A stretch of 64,000 bases of DNA from Camelus ferus (lineage: Eukaryota), in contig NC_045697.1 in assembly GCF_009834535.1 (NCBI RefSeq), positions 11,472,001-11,536,000 of the forward strand. The letters run 5' to 3'. The number at the start of each line of letters is the position of its first letter. Positions within the stretch are counted from its first letter, which is position 1. This document shows, one piece after another, positions 48,818 through 60,970 of the stretch. Made by a program: the position numbers and the translations under genes. Under the pieces are notes generated by a model. It was not told the origin of the DNA, did no database searches, and saw only the letters and a program-made list of their open reading frames with translations.

Positions 48818-49344
48818 CCAAGGAAGACAGTAAGAGTCCTTAGCAGTTCTCCCAGAGGCTGGAAGCAGCCCCACAACCCCGTGGGAGTGCTCCTCATTAT
48901 GGGGAGAGAGTGCAGAGTGTACTTCTCCCTTCATGCTCCAGGGATCTTCAGGTTCTCCCGGAAGCCAGTTTCAAGGAAGAATAGAGAGAAGCTATGGATC
49001 AGATTCCAGCCCAGCCTGAGTGCTCTAAGGTTGCAGGTGATGGATAAATTATCTAGGGACATAACCTATCTCTCTGCAAATAACTGTCTCAATTACAGCC
49101 ATTGTCAATAGATGTCTTTCCAGAACCTCCCACCCTCTTCACTCTTTATCTTGCTCCAAGACCTGATAATGGCCTTACCCTGCTCAGAATGCCTGCTTTG
49201 CCTGTTTGTGGCTGTTAGCTTTTTGTTTTATTTTGTTCAGCTATTTGCACAGTCACTCACATCTCAAAAGTGAGGTCTGTATATTGAAAATTCCTTATAT
49301 GTTTCCCCCTAGAGCAAAGACAGTAGTCATGCTAACATTTTTAA

Positions 49345-49740
49345 TAGCACTTGATAGTGTGTGAAACAGAACTGGGTTTAATTGATGTCTTAGCCTCAGA
49401 TATAAAATCTGTAGATTGGGGATGGTACTACAGTAATAGTACTCTAGTACCTCACAGACTCTTGTTATAAGTATTAATGAGAATATGCACGTCAAGTGCT
49501 TAGCAGAGTAACTGGCATTTGATAAATACTAGGTCCTTCCCCTATCCCCTCTACCCTATCTCATGGGATTATTGTAATGAGCCTCTGAAGTAGACAGGAC
49601 ATGATCAATGAACCCTGTTTCTTAAATGAGGAAGATGGAACTGGAGGTAAATTACATTATTCAGTCACACAGCCGATGTGTAGAAAAGCCAGAACTTGAA
49701 TGTAGACCTTCTGACTCCAATGCGCTCATGCCTACACACT
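49345..49740. mobile_element. Two MIRs, tail-to-tail (+ approx. 49345-49530, - approx. 49555-49740)
   Basis: tagtacctcacagactcttgttataagtattaatgagaat on +; aaatgaggaag...gccagaacttgaatgtagaccttctgactcca on -. Confidence 0.65.
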
Positions 49741-50732
49741 CAGCTTATAAGGTTCATCATTGACATTGAGAAAATACACACACATCACACTCTCAGCAGA
49801 TCAATGAATAAAACTTGTGTATTGCAGCAGTCTCTAGATCAGGCCAGATGAAAACTAAGTGTTGAATGATAAGTGTTCAACAAAAGGAAAACCTCCATCA
49901 ACAGTTCTTGCTGAATTTCTCTGTAAAATCTTGAGTAGATCAGCAATACTTCAAATGCCCTAGCAGTTTGAAGGGCCCTGTGCTGTCTGTCAGCCTCAGT
50001 CCAGACAGCGCCCATATGCAGGCTTTCCTTTTATGAAACTCACAGCTAGTTTCCTGCAGCCCCTGCCTCAAGCGCGATCACCGTGACTCCGGTCTCCATC
50101 CTTCGTTTTCATTTCTTCTATTATCAGTTATCCACCTGAAACTCAAATTTTATCATGATCTTCACCTGCTTATTAACAATTAAGCCCCCTCCCAATACTC
50201 CTGGGTTAAAGTCCAACTCTTCTCACAAGGCCAACATAACCATTCTTCATCCACTTAATCAACAAGTATTTATTGAGCCCTCCAATGTGCTGGACAGAGC
50301 TCTGTGCTGGGGAAATCAAGGTCTCTGCTTTCACTCCAGTAGGGAAGATGGATCACAAGCAAGCAAACAAAATAAACCACATATTTTCATAGAAAAACCT
50401 TACCCTAACTCCTCCCACCACTTATGTCTTATATGCTGTTTATCTGGACCCCATTTCTCTACACCTTCAAGTACATCATGTTCTTTCTTACCTTTGCGAC
50501 TATGTTCTTGCTTATTCCTCTATCAGGAATGTCAATGACTCATTTCTACTTGGCAAAACATATTTATCTTTTAAGGCACAGTCCATACCACCTCCTACAT
50601 GAATTTTTCTTTTTAACTCAATGTAGTTATATCCTCATATTACATACGAGCTCTATTACATTTAAAATTTCTGTTATGGTTACATTTTTTATTTGTTTGC
50701 CCTCTTTAATTAGAGAATGACTAGAAAGGACA

Positions 50733-51172
50733 TGCTGTAGTATGATTGCGAAAAAAATCCCTGATTTTTTAAGCTGCCTGCGCCACATCCAAGCTTTGCA
50801 GTATGACTTATTAGCCGGTCCCATCAAAAGGTAGAGTCTATTTCCAAACACCCTGAACAATCTGGACTAGACTTGTACTTGCTTTGGTCAGTAGAATGTG
50901 GCAGAAGAGATGGGTTTCTTTCTCACTCCTGCTCTCTTGGAGCCCGGAGTCTGCTGTCAGGACAAGCATGGTGGATGGTGGATGAAAGACCTCATGGAGC
51001 AGAGTCAAGATAGCCCGGTGGTCCCAGCAAAGCCACAAGGCGGAATCAGTCACACCACTGGGCAAACCCGTTCATTCACAAGCAGAATTAAATGCCTACT
51101 GCTCTGTGCCTTGTAAGGTTTTGGAATTGTTTGTGTTTTGCAGCCTTATTTTGGCCCAAGGGCACTGATACA
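50733..51172 (+). mobile_element. MaLR solo LTR (MLT1G/H-like)
   Basis: cccatcaaaaggtagagtctatttcc...acttgctttggtcagtagaatgtggcagaag...ttttggaattgtttg...actgataca. Confidence 0.75.
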
Positions 51173-52422
51173 GGTGCTTCAGGGAATCATCACGTCCTAC
51201 CACTGTTTGTATCGGCGACACCATTGCCACTGTTTCACTAGTTCATCCCCTTACTCACTTCTTTGTCTAGTTTTCAGGCGCATATCAGGCACTATGCTGG
51301 ATGTATAGACTTAAAGATGAATATGCGAGGATCTATTTTCTCCCTATCAACAAACATCACTGAGGCAGCCGACGTGTCTCTTTGCTCCTTTTACATCTCT
51401 AGAGAAGAACGTCTCAAACTGCTCCTGATCGCCAGTTCTTACATTTACTCTTTCAGTGAGTTAAGAAGATCTTCTTTCTGACCAGCTACAAACTCCACAG
51501 CTTTCATTCGAGATCCTCCTGACTTCTTACTCAGCTGCCCCTGAACCTGGGGAATAACTCAGCATCCTCCTCATAAAAGCCCTTCGTAAACTTAAATTCA
51601 GTCATTAAATCAAGGAAACAGCTAAGCCACTTTACATGTGCTGAAGATTTTATTTTGGGATATCTCTGTGGGAAGGGATGTTTGGGATTAATTGAGCTTT
51701 CTGGATATCTGCACATGAGCACCGGAGTTTTATATATAGAACAAGAACACCTGATCACAGCACCTGCAGAGAGAAATTACTCATTTAACCTCCCGAACTC
51801 CAATCAGAGAGAGGAGGGTGTGGAGGCTCGGATGGAGGGCTCTGTGGCTGGGGGTCAGGGCACCGAATTAGGGTGAGGAGGGGACCTTCCAAAGACCCCA
51901 TCTGGGTGCTCTTCTGTCCCTGCAGCCCTATCTCTTCCCTCTTCCTCCTGGGCACTCATGTTCTGCCTAAGACCCATTCTCCAGCCAGGTTCTCAGCCCC
52001 TCACAAATGCAGAAGCCTCTGCGCCAATTGCTTCAGACGTCAACTTCTACAGCATTTGAAGGAGTGGGTTTTCCAGAATTTTTTAAACACCACAGAGGAA
52101 TTTCTATGTATCTTCTTTGTCTTTTTCTGCCATCATAGAGTTTAGAAAATCATCACCCCTGCAGAGATTTAATACAGATTCACTTTCCTCTTTCTGCAAT
52201 TTAAAAAATAACAGTGAACTCTATTCCAGTCCCTGCTCTAGACTCACAGCCTTGGAGGGGACGTCCCTAACCAGCCTCTATAAACTTCAGCACATCTTAC
52301 CTGGTTCCGGACCCCCTACTGCTCCTCTGGTCTTTTTCATAAGCCTTAATATCAACTGACTTGCATCAATTTGCTTGGTGTTTTAATCTGTTTCCAGCTC
52401 CCCCAAAGCTGGGAATTTGTTT

Positions 52423-53705
52423 AGAATTTTGCCCAATTTTTTTTCATTTTTTATTAAAGTGTAACTTCTGGACAATAGAATTTAACTTTTTTAAGCATCA
52501 AGTTCTACAAGTTTTGACAAATACATAGTCAGGTACCCATTACCACTATCAAAATACAAAGCAGTTCCATCGCCCCCCAAAAAACCTCCCTGTGCCCCTT
52601 TGTAGCCAGTCCCTCTCCCCACCCCAGTCCCTGGCAACCACTGGTCTGTTTTCTGTATCCCTAGTTTTACCTTTTCCAGCTTTGTCATAAAATGACATCA
52701 TAGTCTGTAGACTTTATAGCTTCTTTCATTTAACATGACATTTAACTTACATTTGTGTTTCGTCCATGTTGTTGCGTGTGTAGGGGTAATGTTCCTTTTT
52801 TAATGCTAATAAATATGACATTGTGTAGATTTACCATAGTTTGTTTATTCATTCATCAGTTTAAGAGTATTTGTGTTGTCTTCCATTTGGGGCTATGGCA
52901 AATAAAGCTCCCATGAGTATTTGCACGCACACTGATTTGTAACCATAGGCTTTCATTTCTCTTAGGTAAATGCCGAGGACTGGGACTGCTGAATCTTCCA
53001 TTAAGTGTATGCTTAATTATATAAGAAAGCGCCAAATCATCTTCCAGAACTACTGGACTATTTTACATTCTCAACAGCATGTACGAGTGTTCCAGTTGCT
53101 CCACATCCTTCTCGGCACTTGGTGTTATCCGTTGTCATTTGGCAGTTGTTGTTTTGTTTTGTTTGTTTGCAGTTTCAATAGGCAAGTGGTGGTATCTTGT
53201 TGTGGTTTCAGTTTCCATTTCCCTAATGACAAATTGTGCTGAGCATCCTTTTATGAACATATTTGCCATCCATGTATGTTCTTTGGTGAGATGTCTGTTT
53301 AAATTATTTGCCAAATTTTTGTTGGGGGTGTTTATTTCCTTATTTTTATGAGTTTTGAAAGTTGTTTTTACCTTCTGGACACAAGCCTTTCATCAGGTAT
53401 ATGATTGGCAAATATTTTCTCGCTGTCTGTGGTTATCTTTTATTCTCTTAGTGGTGTCTGTTGAAGAACAGAAGTTTTTAATTTTGATGAAGTCCTATTT
53501 ATCAATTCGTAGTGGATTTTTTTGGTATTGTGTCTAAGAAATTAAGGTTACAAAGATTTTCTGCCATGTTTTCTTTTAAAAGTTTGTAGATTTTAGGGTT
53601 TCATTTTATGAGCATCATCCATTTGGGGTTAATTATTACATGTGGTACAAGATATAGATTGCAGTCCATTGTATGAATGTCCAATTGTTCCAGCACCAAC
53701 TGTAA
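52423..53705 (-). mobile_element. L1MB-like 3' portion inserted in an L2, with TSD
   Basis: ccctggcaaccactggtctgttttctg...ccatagtttgtttattcattca; TSD ctgggaatttgttt (52409-52422) / ctaggaatttgttt (53706-53719); the L2 end resumes after it. Confidence 0.85.
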
Positions 53706-54042
53706 CTAGGAATTTGTTTCTATTTATTGCTGTATCCTATGGCTTAGAACTGTATCTGGTGTGTGGCAGGCATCCAATAAATATCTGACAAATAAATGAA
53801 TCAAATTAGTTTAATTTTAAATATGAATTTAACTCTTTAATTCATTTAGAATTTGTTTTGATATACATCAAGGACTATGAATTTAAATGGATTTATTAGC
53901 CAAATTATTTCTGTTATGCCAACATTAATTAATTTAGATCAAACATTCTTTCTTGAAACAAAAATGACTTAATCTAATTGTTTCATTCACTATATATTTC
54001 ATTCACCAAACTTTGAACAGGGCACTGGCTTAGACACCAAGT

Positions 54043-54498
54043 TGGGAATTCTTTTGTCTGTTTGGTAAAGTCTATGGATTCCTTGCTCAGAATAATGTAT
54101 TTAAATGCATAATACAAAAACATAGAACTACAAAAGAAACCAGTTATACTGAAATACAGTTTTCAAAATACTTTTAAAAAATTGTGACACAGTAATATTT
54201 ATTTAAACATCATAACACAATCTAGCAGCGAGTCTAACAGTGTCCACAGTTTCAGAGCAGTGATGAGCCCAAAATATTTTGAGCTGTCTGCAATAACCTG
54301 TAATGTGATATAAAAACATGCTCTGGGATTTCTGTTGGTGGCAAAGTCACAGGTACTATGATTCTATTGTGACTCTTGTCTCCATTCATGATTGAAGGAC
54401 ATGCTGAATTTCTGTTAGAGCTTAGTGAAAATAAAGACGTATTCTGTTTCTATTCAAATCCTCAGCCCCATGAATTTCAACCCTGGTTAAGAACGCTG
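54043..54498 (+). mobile_element. hAT-Charlie (Charlie4a/MER80-like) inserted in an L2
   Basis: ggtaaagtctatggattccttgctcagaataatgtatttaaatgcat...ggttaagaacgctg. Confidence 0.7.
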
Positions 54499-55472
54499 AA
54501 GAGAAACACAGATGAATAAATTGCTGTCCCTGCCTCCAAAGAAATTCATTCTAGTAAGAGGCAATAGACACACAGCCAAGAGAGTCTATGAGAGGCCACG
54601 TTGCTTTAAAGTGGCTGACAGAGTGTGGCAAAAAGTCTACAAAGATGGAGATAATGTCAGTCAGTCCTGGAGGGACATACTGAGCCCTGTTGTCACATAG
54701 GGATGAATAACTAAGTCTGTGTAGGAGAGGCTAGAGGGCTGGAGGAAGAAGGCAGCAGAAAAGACAAAAACCTCAATGAGCAGTATAACCTCTCCCCCCG
54801 CCCCTACCACTGAACAATCAGAAGCAGCTCTGTTTTAAAAGCTAGGCCATTGCTGAAAATAGGGGCACTGGAAAAGGAGGCAGGTGATGGGCATGACAAA
54901 TGAGCTCTTTTCCAAGTCACAGAATAGTCTTTCTTTCCCAAAAGATGAAATGATACCCTGGAGATGTGGGCTGAAATCTGGTCCCCGGCCCAACTCATAG
55001 GATGTAGGCTGGTGAGAAAGGTCACACAGTGTAATGGGAAAAATAGAATTTTGCATCAGACGGACCAGAGCCTGAGCTGGTCACTTACCTGTGTTTCGGG
55101 TAGTGGCGTCATCTGAGTAAGTTTTTGCCAAGGAAGATGTCTTTTATGCCACTGCATTCATTTTTCACAGAGAAGGGAGTGAAAGGCTGGGGTAAGGATA
55201 ATGCTGAGTGAAGATTTCGATGTTTGAAAAAATCCACCAGTGAAAGGGTGACTTAATCGAGCAGAGGTGTCCTCACCAGGGAACTGGGCACGTGCAGTTC
55301 TGCTTCTCTGAGGCTCCCACTTCCTCTTTGGAATCAGGGATAAACCTACCTGTATGCACACGTACCTCCATGCGGTCAGCTGTCTGGGGCAGGCGTTGAC
55401 CCTGGAATTGGGGGAATGGAGGAAGGAAGTCTGCACTTGTTTATCCGCTGTGCCTGGTGTGTGTGTGTGTGT

Positions 55473-56140
55473 GTGTGTCAGTCAAAATGCATTCAGGGGA
55501 CAAAAATCACACCAGTTATTTGAAAAGAGGGAATTTGATATAAAGAATTGTTAACTAGGTGTAACATTGTTACCTAGGAAACTGAAAGGATAAAAGAACT
55601 CAAGAGTGCCACAGAGCTAGCAACGACCAGAAGCAGCTACCACCCACAGGGCTGGGGGAACAGGAGGAAGAGATGGGAATCATTAAAACTTAGAGGCTTG
55701 GAGGAGGGCCCAGGGATCTGGGACTCAGACCTCTGGGAAGGGGGTCAGCTAGGTTAGTGGTGTCGGGGAGGGGAGTGTGAGGGGTGGGGGTGTGGGGAGG
55801 GGCAAGTGTGATAAGGCTGGTTCTGCGAGAGTTTAAAAAAAAGCTGAAAGCTAGATTCAGCTGCTGCTGTTAGAAGACCCCCCCCCCACCCCGCCACTGC
55901 CAGGATAAAGAACCAGGCTGGGGGATGCTCACAGAAATAGGAAGAAGACAGGAAGTCAATAGATAAGAGCCTCCTTTTCCTTCCTGCCTCCTACTCTCTC
56001 TCTCTCTAGTGCCCCCTATAGGCAGATACTAACAGGGAGGATCTGACAAAGCAGAAATTCAGGGCCCCAGCTCTGGCATCACAAGCTGAGCATAAAAAGG
56101 TGGATTTGGAGCCCAGAGACAATAGCATAGTAACTGGCAA
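55473..56140 (-). mobile_element. ERVL solo LTR (LTR41-like) carrying a CTCF-like motif
   Basis: Reverse complement begins tgccagttactatgctattgtctctgggctccaaatcc...tctgcctatagggggcactagag. Confidence 0.75.
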
Positions 56141-56561
56141 CTTGGACATTTCAGGACAAAGAAGAGCAGAGAATCAGGCAGTGCCCAGTTTCCTGCACCT
56201 CACTTTTCACCACCACGCAGTTTGTGGAATTGATCCTGATCTTTGTAAGAAGAGATTAAGGTTCTGAGACCCTGATACCTCACAGCAGTGGGAGGTTCCT
56301 TTCCTATCAGATTCATCCAAGTGTACTTACCATTTCCATCTCATGAGATGTGACATAGAGGTATGATTTGCCTAAGGTGACAGAGCTTGACTTTCTGAAA
56401 ATGCATTACTATTTGCACATATTGGCTAGTAGCATGAAAGAGGATGGAAGTTTGGGTGAACTAATCAACAGATAAGAATCAATAGATACTATGCAGTGGT
56501 TCCAGTCTTGCCTTCCTTGTGTTCCCTGAAAGAAGCCAAGCCATGAGCTAGCAGAATCACA

Positions 56562-56795
56562 CTCAGTCTTGATGTGTATTGAGATCACTGAGAAAACTTT
56601 TTAAAAATACTCACATCTGAACTCCATCCTAGATCTGCTTAAACAAAATACTCGGGAGATGGAGTCCCAGCATTGCTCTATTTTCAGTTTCCCAGATGAT
56701 TCCAATGTACATCCAAGATGAGAGTCATTGTAGCTGACCAGTGGTTCTCAAAGTTTGCTTTCCTTCCAGTCAACATCAGCATTGCTTGGGAATAA
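56562..56795. mobile_element. Two abutting MER5-type hAT elements in opposite orientation
   Basis: ...gatgattccaatgtacatccaagatgagagtcattg, 8-bp spacer tagctgac, then cagtggttctcaaagt. Confidence 0.7.
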
Positions 56796-56864
56796 TAATG
56801 CAAGATATTACAATAATGCAAGAAAGTGAATGAGTAAAGTTCCCTAAATAAACATTAGTATGAT

Positions 56865-57195
56865 CATCATAATTGTTTATTGAACACCTATTCAGAGAGG
56901 AACTTAACCATGATAACCTTACTTACAAGAACCACTTAAACTCCCCAGTGACACTGAGTTATAATTGTCCCCTTTTTACAGAGGAAAAAGAGACTTGGAC
57001 AAGTTACCAATGACCACATGTCAAGTATGCAACAGAGCTGGAGTTTTGAAGTGTCTACACAGCGAGTTTTAGCCACTGCTCTGTACTGCTATAGGTATTA
57101 AAAGAATCAGATTCTAGTCCTGGCTAAGCAATCACTCCCTTAGTGACCTTGGACAAGTTGCTTCTCTCTGGGTTTCAGTTTTTCTCTTTGTTAAT
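56865..57195. mobile_element. Two divergent MIRs (- approx. 56865-57085, + approx. 57095-57195)
   Basis: cctttttacagaggaaaa...; gtgaccttggacaagttgcttctctctgggtttcagttt. Confidence 0.7.
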
Positions 57196-57400
57196 CATAC
57201 AAATGGTTTTAACCATGGACCCCGAAATTTCTAGAAGCCACAGAATTATTATAAGAAATCAATAAATCCATTTGTTGACCAAGTATTATCTTGTCTGATC
57301 ATACCAATGGCTTTAACCATGGGCCCTCAAATTCCTAGAAGCCGCAGAATTACTATAAGAAATCAATAAATCCATCTATATACTAAGCATCGTCCAGGGA
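57194..57400. repeat. 104-bp tandem duplication
   Basis: Copies start at 57194 and 57298; 70 of the first 78 nt are identical. Confidence 0.92.
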
Positions 57401-57449
57401 CTCATGTCTATATGTGGTACTATATTTAAATGTACGTAGAGGAGGTTGT

Positions 57450-57805
57450 GGATCATTCATTCCTCAGCAACACTTACTGAGTGCCTGTTGTAGCCCATAC
57501 CCTCTGCTAAGTGCTCGGTGCCCAGTCACCACCCTCCCTTCAAGGACTTACCGTGGAGAACAGGAGACAAACATAAACACACAGGGAAAGCTAGAAATAA
57601 AAATTGCTAGAAATGCTCTGAAGAAAGCCATCTCTCTGTGAGTGAGACTAAGGGCAGGGAGCCTATTTTATTAGATGATGGTCAGGGAAGGCCTCTCCTG
57701 AGGTAGGGATGATTAAGCTGAGACTGGGAGAGGAGAAGGAGCCAGCCAGCTGCGTGGGAGAAATGTTCCCAGCAGGGAGAGCAGTAAAAACGCCCTGAGG
57801 CTATT
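57450..57805 (-). mobile_element. L2 3' end
   Basis: tcattcattcctcagcaacacttactgagtgcct...tggtcagggaaggcctctcctgagg. Confidence 0.8.
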
Positions 57806-57929
57806 GAATTTAAACATGCTTATTCCTAAACACTAAAAATAAAACGACTATTATTTGAGGGCCAAGGATAATTTTTGAAGATGAAAAAGAGCCCATACAT
57901 GTTTTTCAAGGTGAGTGACGCTAGTTCCT

Positions 57930-58200
57930 GCAGGAAACAGGCCGGATCTCAGTGGCTTACCACTGAGTTTGTTCGTCTTTCACACCTAACCCAGTCCAAT
58001 GGGAGGCGACAGGGACTGTGCTCCACACAGTCGTCAGGGACCCAGGCCCCTTACAATGTGTGGCTCCACCCAATTCCGGAGCACACCCACTCTTAACCAC
58101 CTCATCCTGGGAATGATACACATTTTCTCCACTCACATGCAGTTGGCAAGAAACAGCCATTCAGCCCCGCTGAGAAGCAAAAAGACCCAGAAAGTGTAGT
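57930..58200 (-). mobile_element. Old MaLR LTR (MLT1I/J-like)
   Basis: ctcagtggcttaccac...gtgctccacacagtcgtcagggacccaggc...cagttggcaagaaacagcca. Confidence 0.5.
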
Positions 58201-58339
58201 TTAGGACGTTACTAGAAATGTCTGCGTCAACATGTAACCTGACAATTTGCCAAAGAAATACAAATGGTCAACAAGTGTGTGAGAAATCAAAATTGGACAC
58301 CAGGGAAATGTGTATTAAGACAAAAGTAACAGGAATTTT

Positions 58340-59480
58340 TGCATTTTTATTAAATTGGCCATAATTTTTTAATGTTAGAAATAGTGAATATATGGAAGCT
58401 AAATGTCTATTAGTTGAGAAGAGCTTTAAAAAATTGTAATGTGCATTCTGTAGAGCACTACTACGTAACTGTTCAAAAGAATCATCTATACGTACCATCA
58501 TGGAAAGATGTCTGAGATACATTGTTGGGTGAGAAAGGAAAGAAAGCAACAGAGTGAAGAGATCATCTGATTCTACTTATGATCAAATGCATGCAGTGTA
58601 AATGCAGAAGAGCAAGTTCTGGAAGCACGCCCACCAAATCTTAGCAGAGGTCCTTCTAGGTAGGGAAGTTGGATAGGGGAGTCAAGGTAAGAGATACTGT
58701 GAACGAAGGGGACTTTGTCCTTTTCACTCTCTGTAAATTTGTGCTGTTGGTTTGTTTTGCTTTGTTTTGTTTGTTTTTAATATGAGCATGTACCATGTTT
58801 GGAATTAAAGGGGGGAAAAAGAAAGAACAACCCAGAGCTGGGAACAGTTGTAGGGAAACTGACATTACCATACCCCACTGGTGAGAGTATAAATTGATAC
58901 AACCTTTCAGGAGGGAAGTTTGGGAATATATGTATCAAGAGCTTTAAAAAACATTCATACCACCTCTAGGAATTTAATCTCAGGAAATATTGTGCATATA
59001 CACATAAGTTTAGTCCCAAGGAATAAGGAATAACTGTAAAAGATTATGCAGCATCTTCTCATGGACTACTATGTAACTGTCCAAAGGAATCATCTATACA
59101 TGTCTTGAAGAGATGCTTGCAATACTATATTGTTAAGGGCAAAAAGGAAAGTAAGTGATGGCATGTATTGTTTGTAACGGCAGAACACTGGAAATAACTA
59201 CCATACCCAATAGTAACCTATCAGTGGACTCAAATACTACTCAGATGTTTAAAGTGGTGTTATAGTAGAATTTCTAGAGACATACAGTTTCCATTAACTG
59301 AGTAGGTTTTAAATTAAAATCTCTTTTTTGTTTAAATATAGCTGTATAAAATATGCACGTAAGATACATTTAATATGTCTAAAGGAATATACATATGTGT
59401 GTGTATTATACTCTGTAATAATAAATAAACTCATGTCAGAATGACTGGACAAAGACCAAATATGAACACTGGTCACTCAT
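58340..59480 (+). mobile_element. Old L1ME-type 3'UTR fragments
   Basis: ctggtgagagtataaattgatacaacctttcaggag...ctctaggaatttaatct. Confidence 0.6.
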
Positions 59481-59701
59481 AGGTAATGGACTTGGTAACA
59501 GCCACTTCACCTAAAATCAATTTTCCTAAATACCATTTCTCTAAATATCTAGAAGTAGTTTCCTCAAATTATCCCTCTTTCAGATGCTTCTCATTATTTA
59601 TAAAACATTGAGATTTTGATAAGCCTTAATTAGATACACAAAAATAAATCGAAATTGCTTTGAAGTTAGAAGTGACTTTTTGTTAAAAATACTCAAACGC
59701 T

Positions 59702-59800
59702 GGGGGGGGAGGGGGTTGGTATACCTCTGCGTCAGAGCGCATGCTTAGCATACATGAGGTCCTGGGCTTAACCCCCAGTACCTCCATTAAAATAAACACC
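59702..59800 (+). mobile_element. tRNA-Ala-derived camelid SINE (degenerate)
   Basis: gagcgcatgcttagcatacatgaggtcctgggcttaacccccagtacctccattaaaataaa; no clear TSD. Confidence 0.8.
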
Positions 59801-60834
59801 TAAGTAACAAAAATATGGAAAAGATACTGAATTTTAGACAAACATGTGAATTGGCAATGACTCATGGACAGACCTGTTTTAGCCAAACCAGATTTAGGCA
59901 AATTGATCTATATTTTTCCTTTTTCTTTCTTTTTTCTGCTCTGTTTTTCTCATTTCTTTCTTTCTTTCATTTCCTTCTTTCTTCCTCCTTTTCTCCTTGC
60001 TTATCTATACCTTCTAATTATTCTGCAGAGATCTGATTTTAATGATCAAGTTTTAAAAACAGAAAGTTATTTTTTAAAATAATTGCAGGAGACTCTTATA
60101 CTCATTAAAGGTGGGCAAATCTGGACCTGAGATCCATTCCAAAGATGGTCCTTTATTAATTCAGTAAGCATGCTCCATCTAGCCCCTCCTGTGTGCTAAG
60201 GTGGAGGTCGGTGTCATCTGAGTACTCCCTTATTGCCATGAGCTTGCTGTGACACCACAGGTATGGCAAATCCCCCTGCCCCACTGCTGCCAAAGTCTTG
60301 GATTGGTGGCGGGCCCCCGGGAGTGCTAAGTCCACCCAGAGCATCCATTTGTTTGACAGCATGCTGACTTCTACAGCTACTACTAGGAATCTGGGAGTCA
60401 TTATACACCCCTCATTAGCATTGAAAAACCATCTGGTGGTCATTAAAAAGCAAACATTACATATAATACATTAGGCTTTAGAAACAATTTAATTAACATC
60501 AAGGTCTAGTCAAAATCCTCCACATAATGGGGATTCCCAGATAAGGGGCAACTTTGCTTTTCCCTTTATCCCACGAACAGATGAGGAATTATGTCAGGCT
60601 GCAGTCCTGCCCGCTCCAGGCAATAACTCCCACAGATTCAATCAGCTCAATTCGGAGGTCATTGGCTGGATGACCATTTCTTTTAGGAATCTATAAAGTT
60701 CAATTTTTTTTAACTTTATCAATAGTTCTGTTTGTGAGCAGAACAAAGCTATTTCCCGGGAACCGTGAGTAAGCTTCATGGGGGCACAGGCGTGCATTTC
60801 CCCTGGCTGGCACACGATGGCTCTTGACCCTGGG

Positions 60835-60970
60835 ATTTGGTGTGTTGCAGTGGAAAGAGCTCTAGGTTAGGAATCAGTAAAGTGTATCCAGTTCAGGGCA
60901 GCTTGTTCTCTGTGTGATCTTGGGCAAGTTGCTCAACTTCTCGGAGCCTTTCCCTTCTCTGTCAATAGGC
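60835..60970 (+). mobile_element. MIR SINE
   Basis: gcagtggaaagagctctagg...tgtgtgatcttgggcaagttgctcaacttctcggagcct. Confidence 0.8.

Noticed and set aside
11564..57400. Short direct repeats (18-bp, 33-bp and 104-bp units) as CRISPR-like arrays
   Set aside because: Tandem copies without unique spacers in eukaryotic DNA with no cas-like genes
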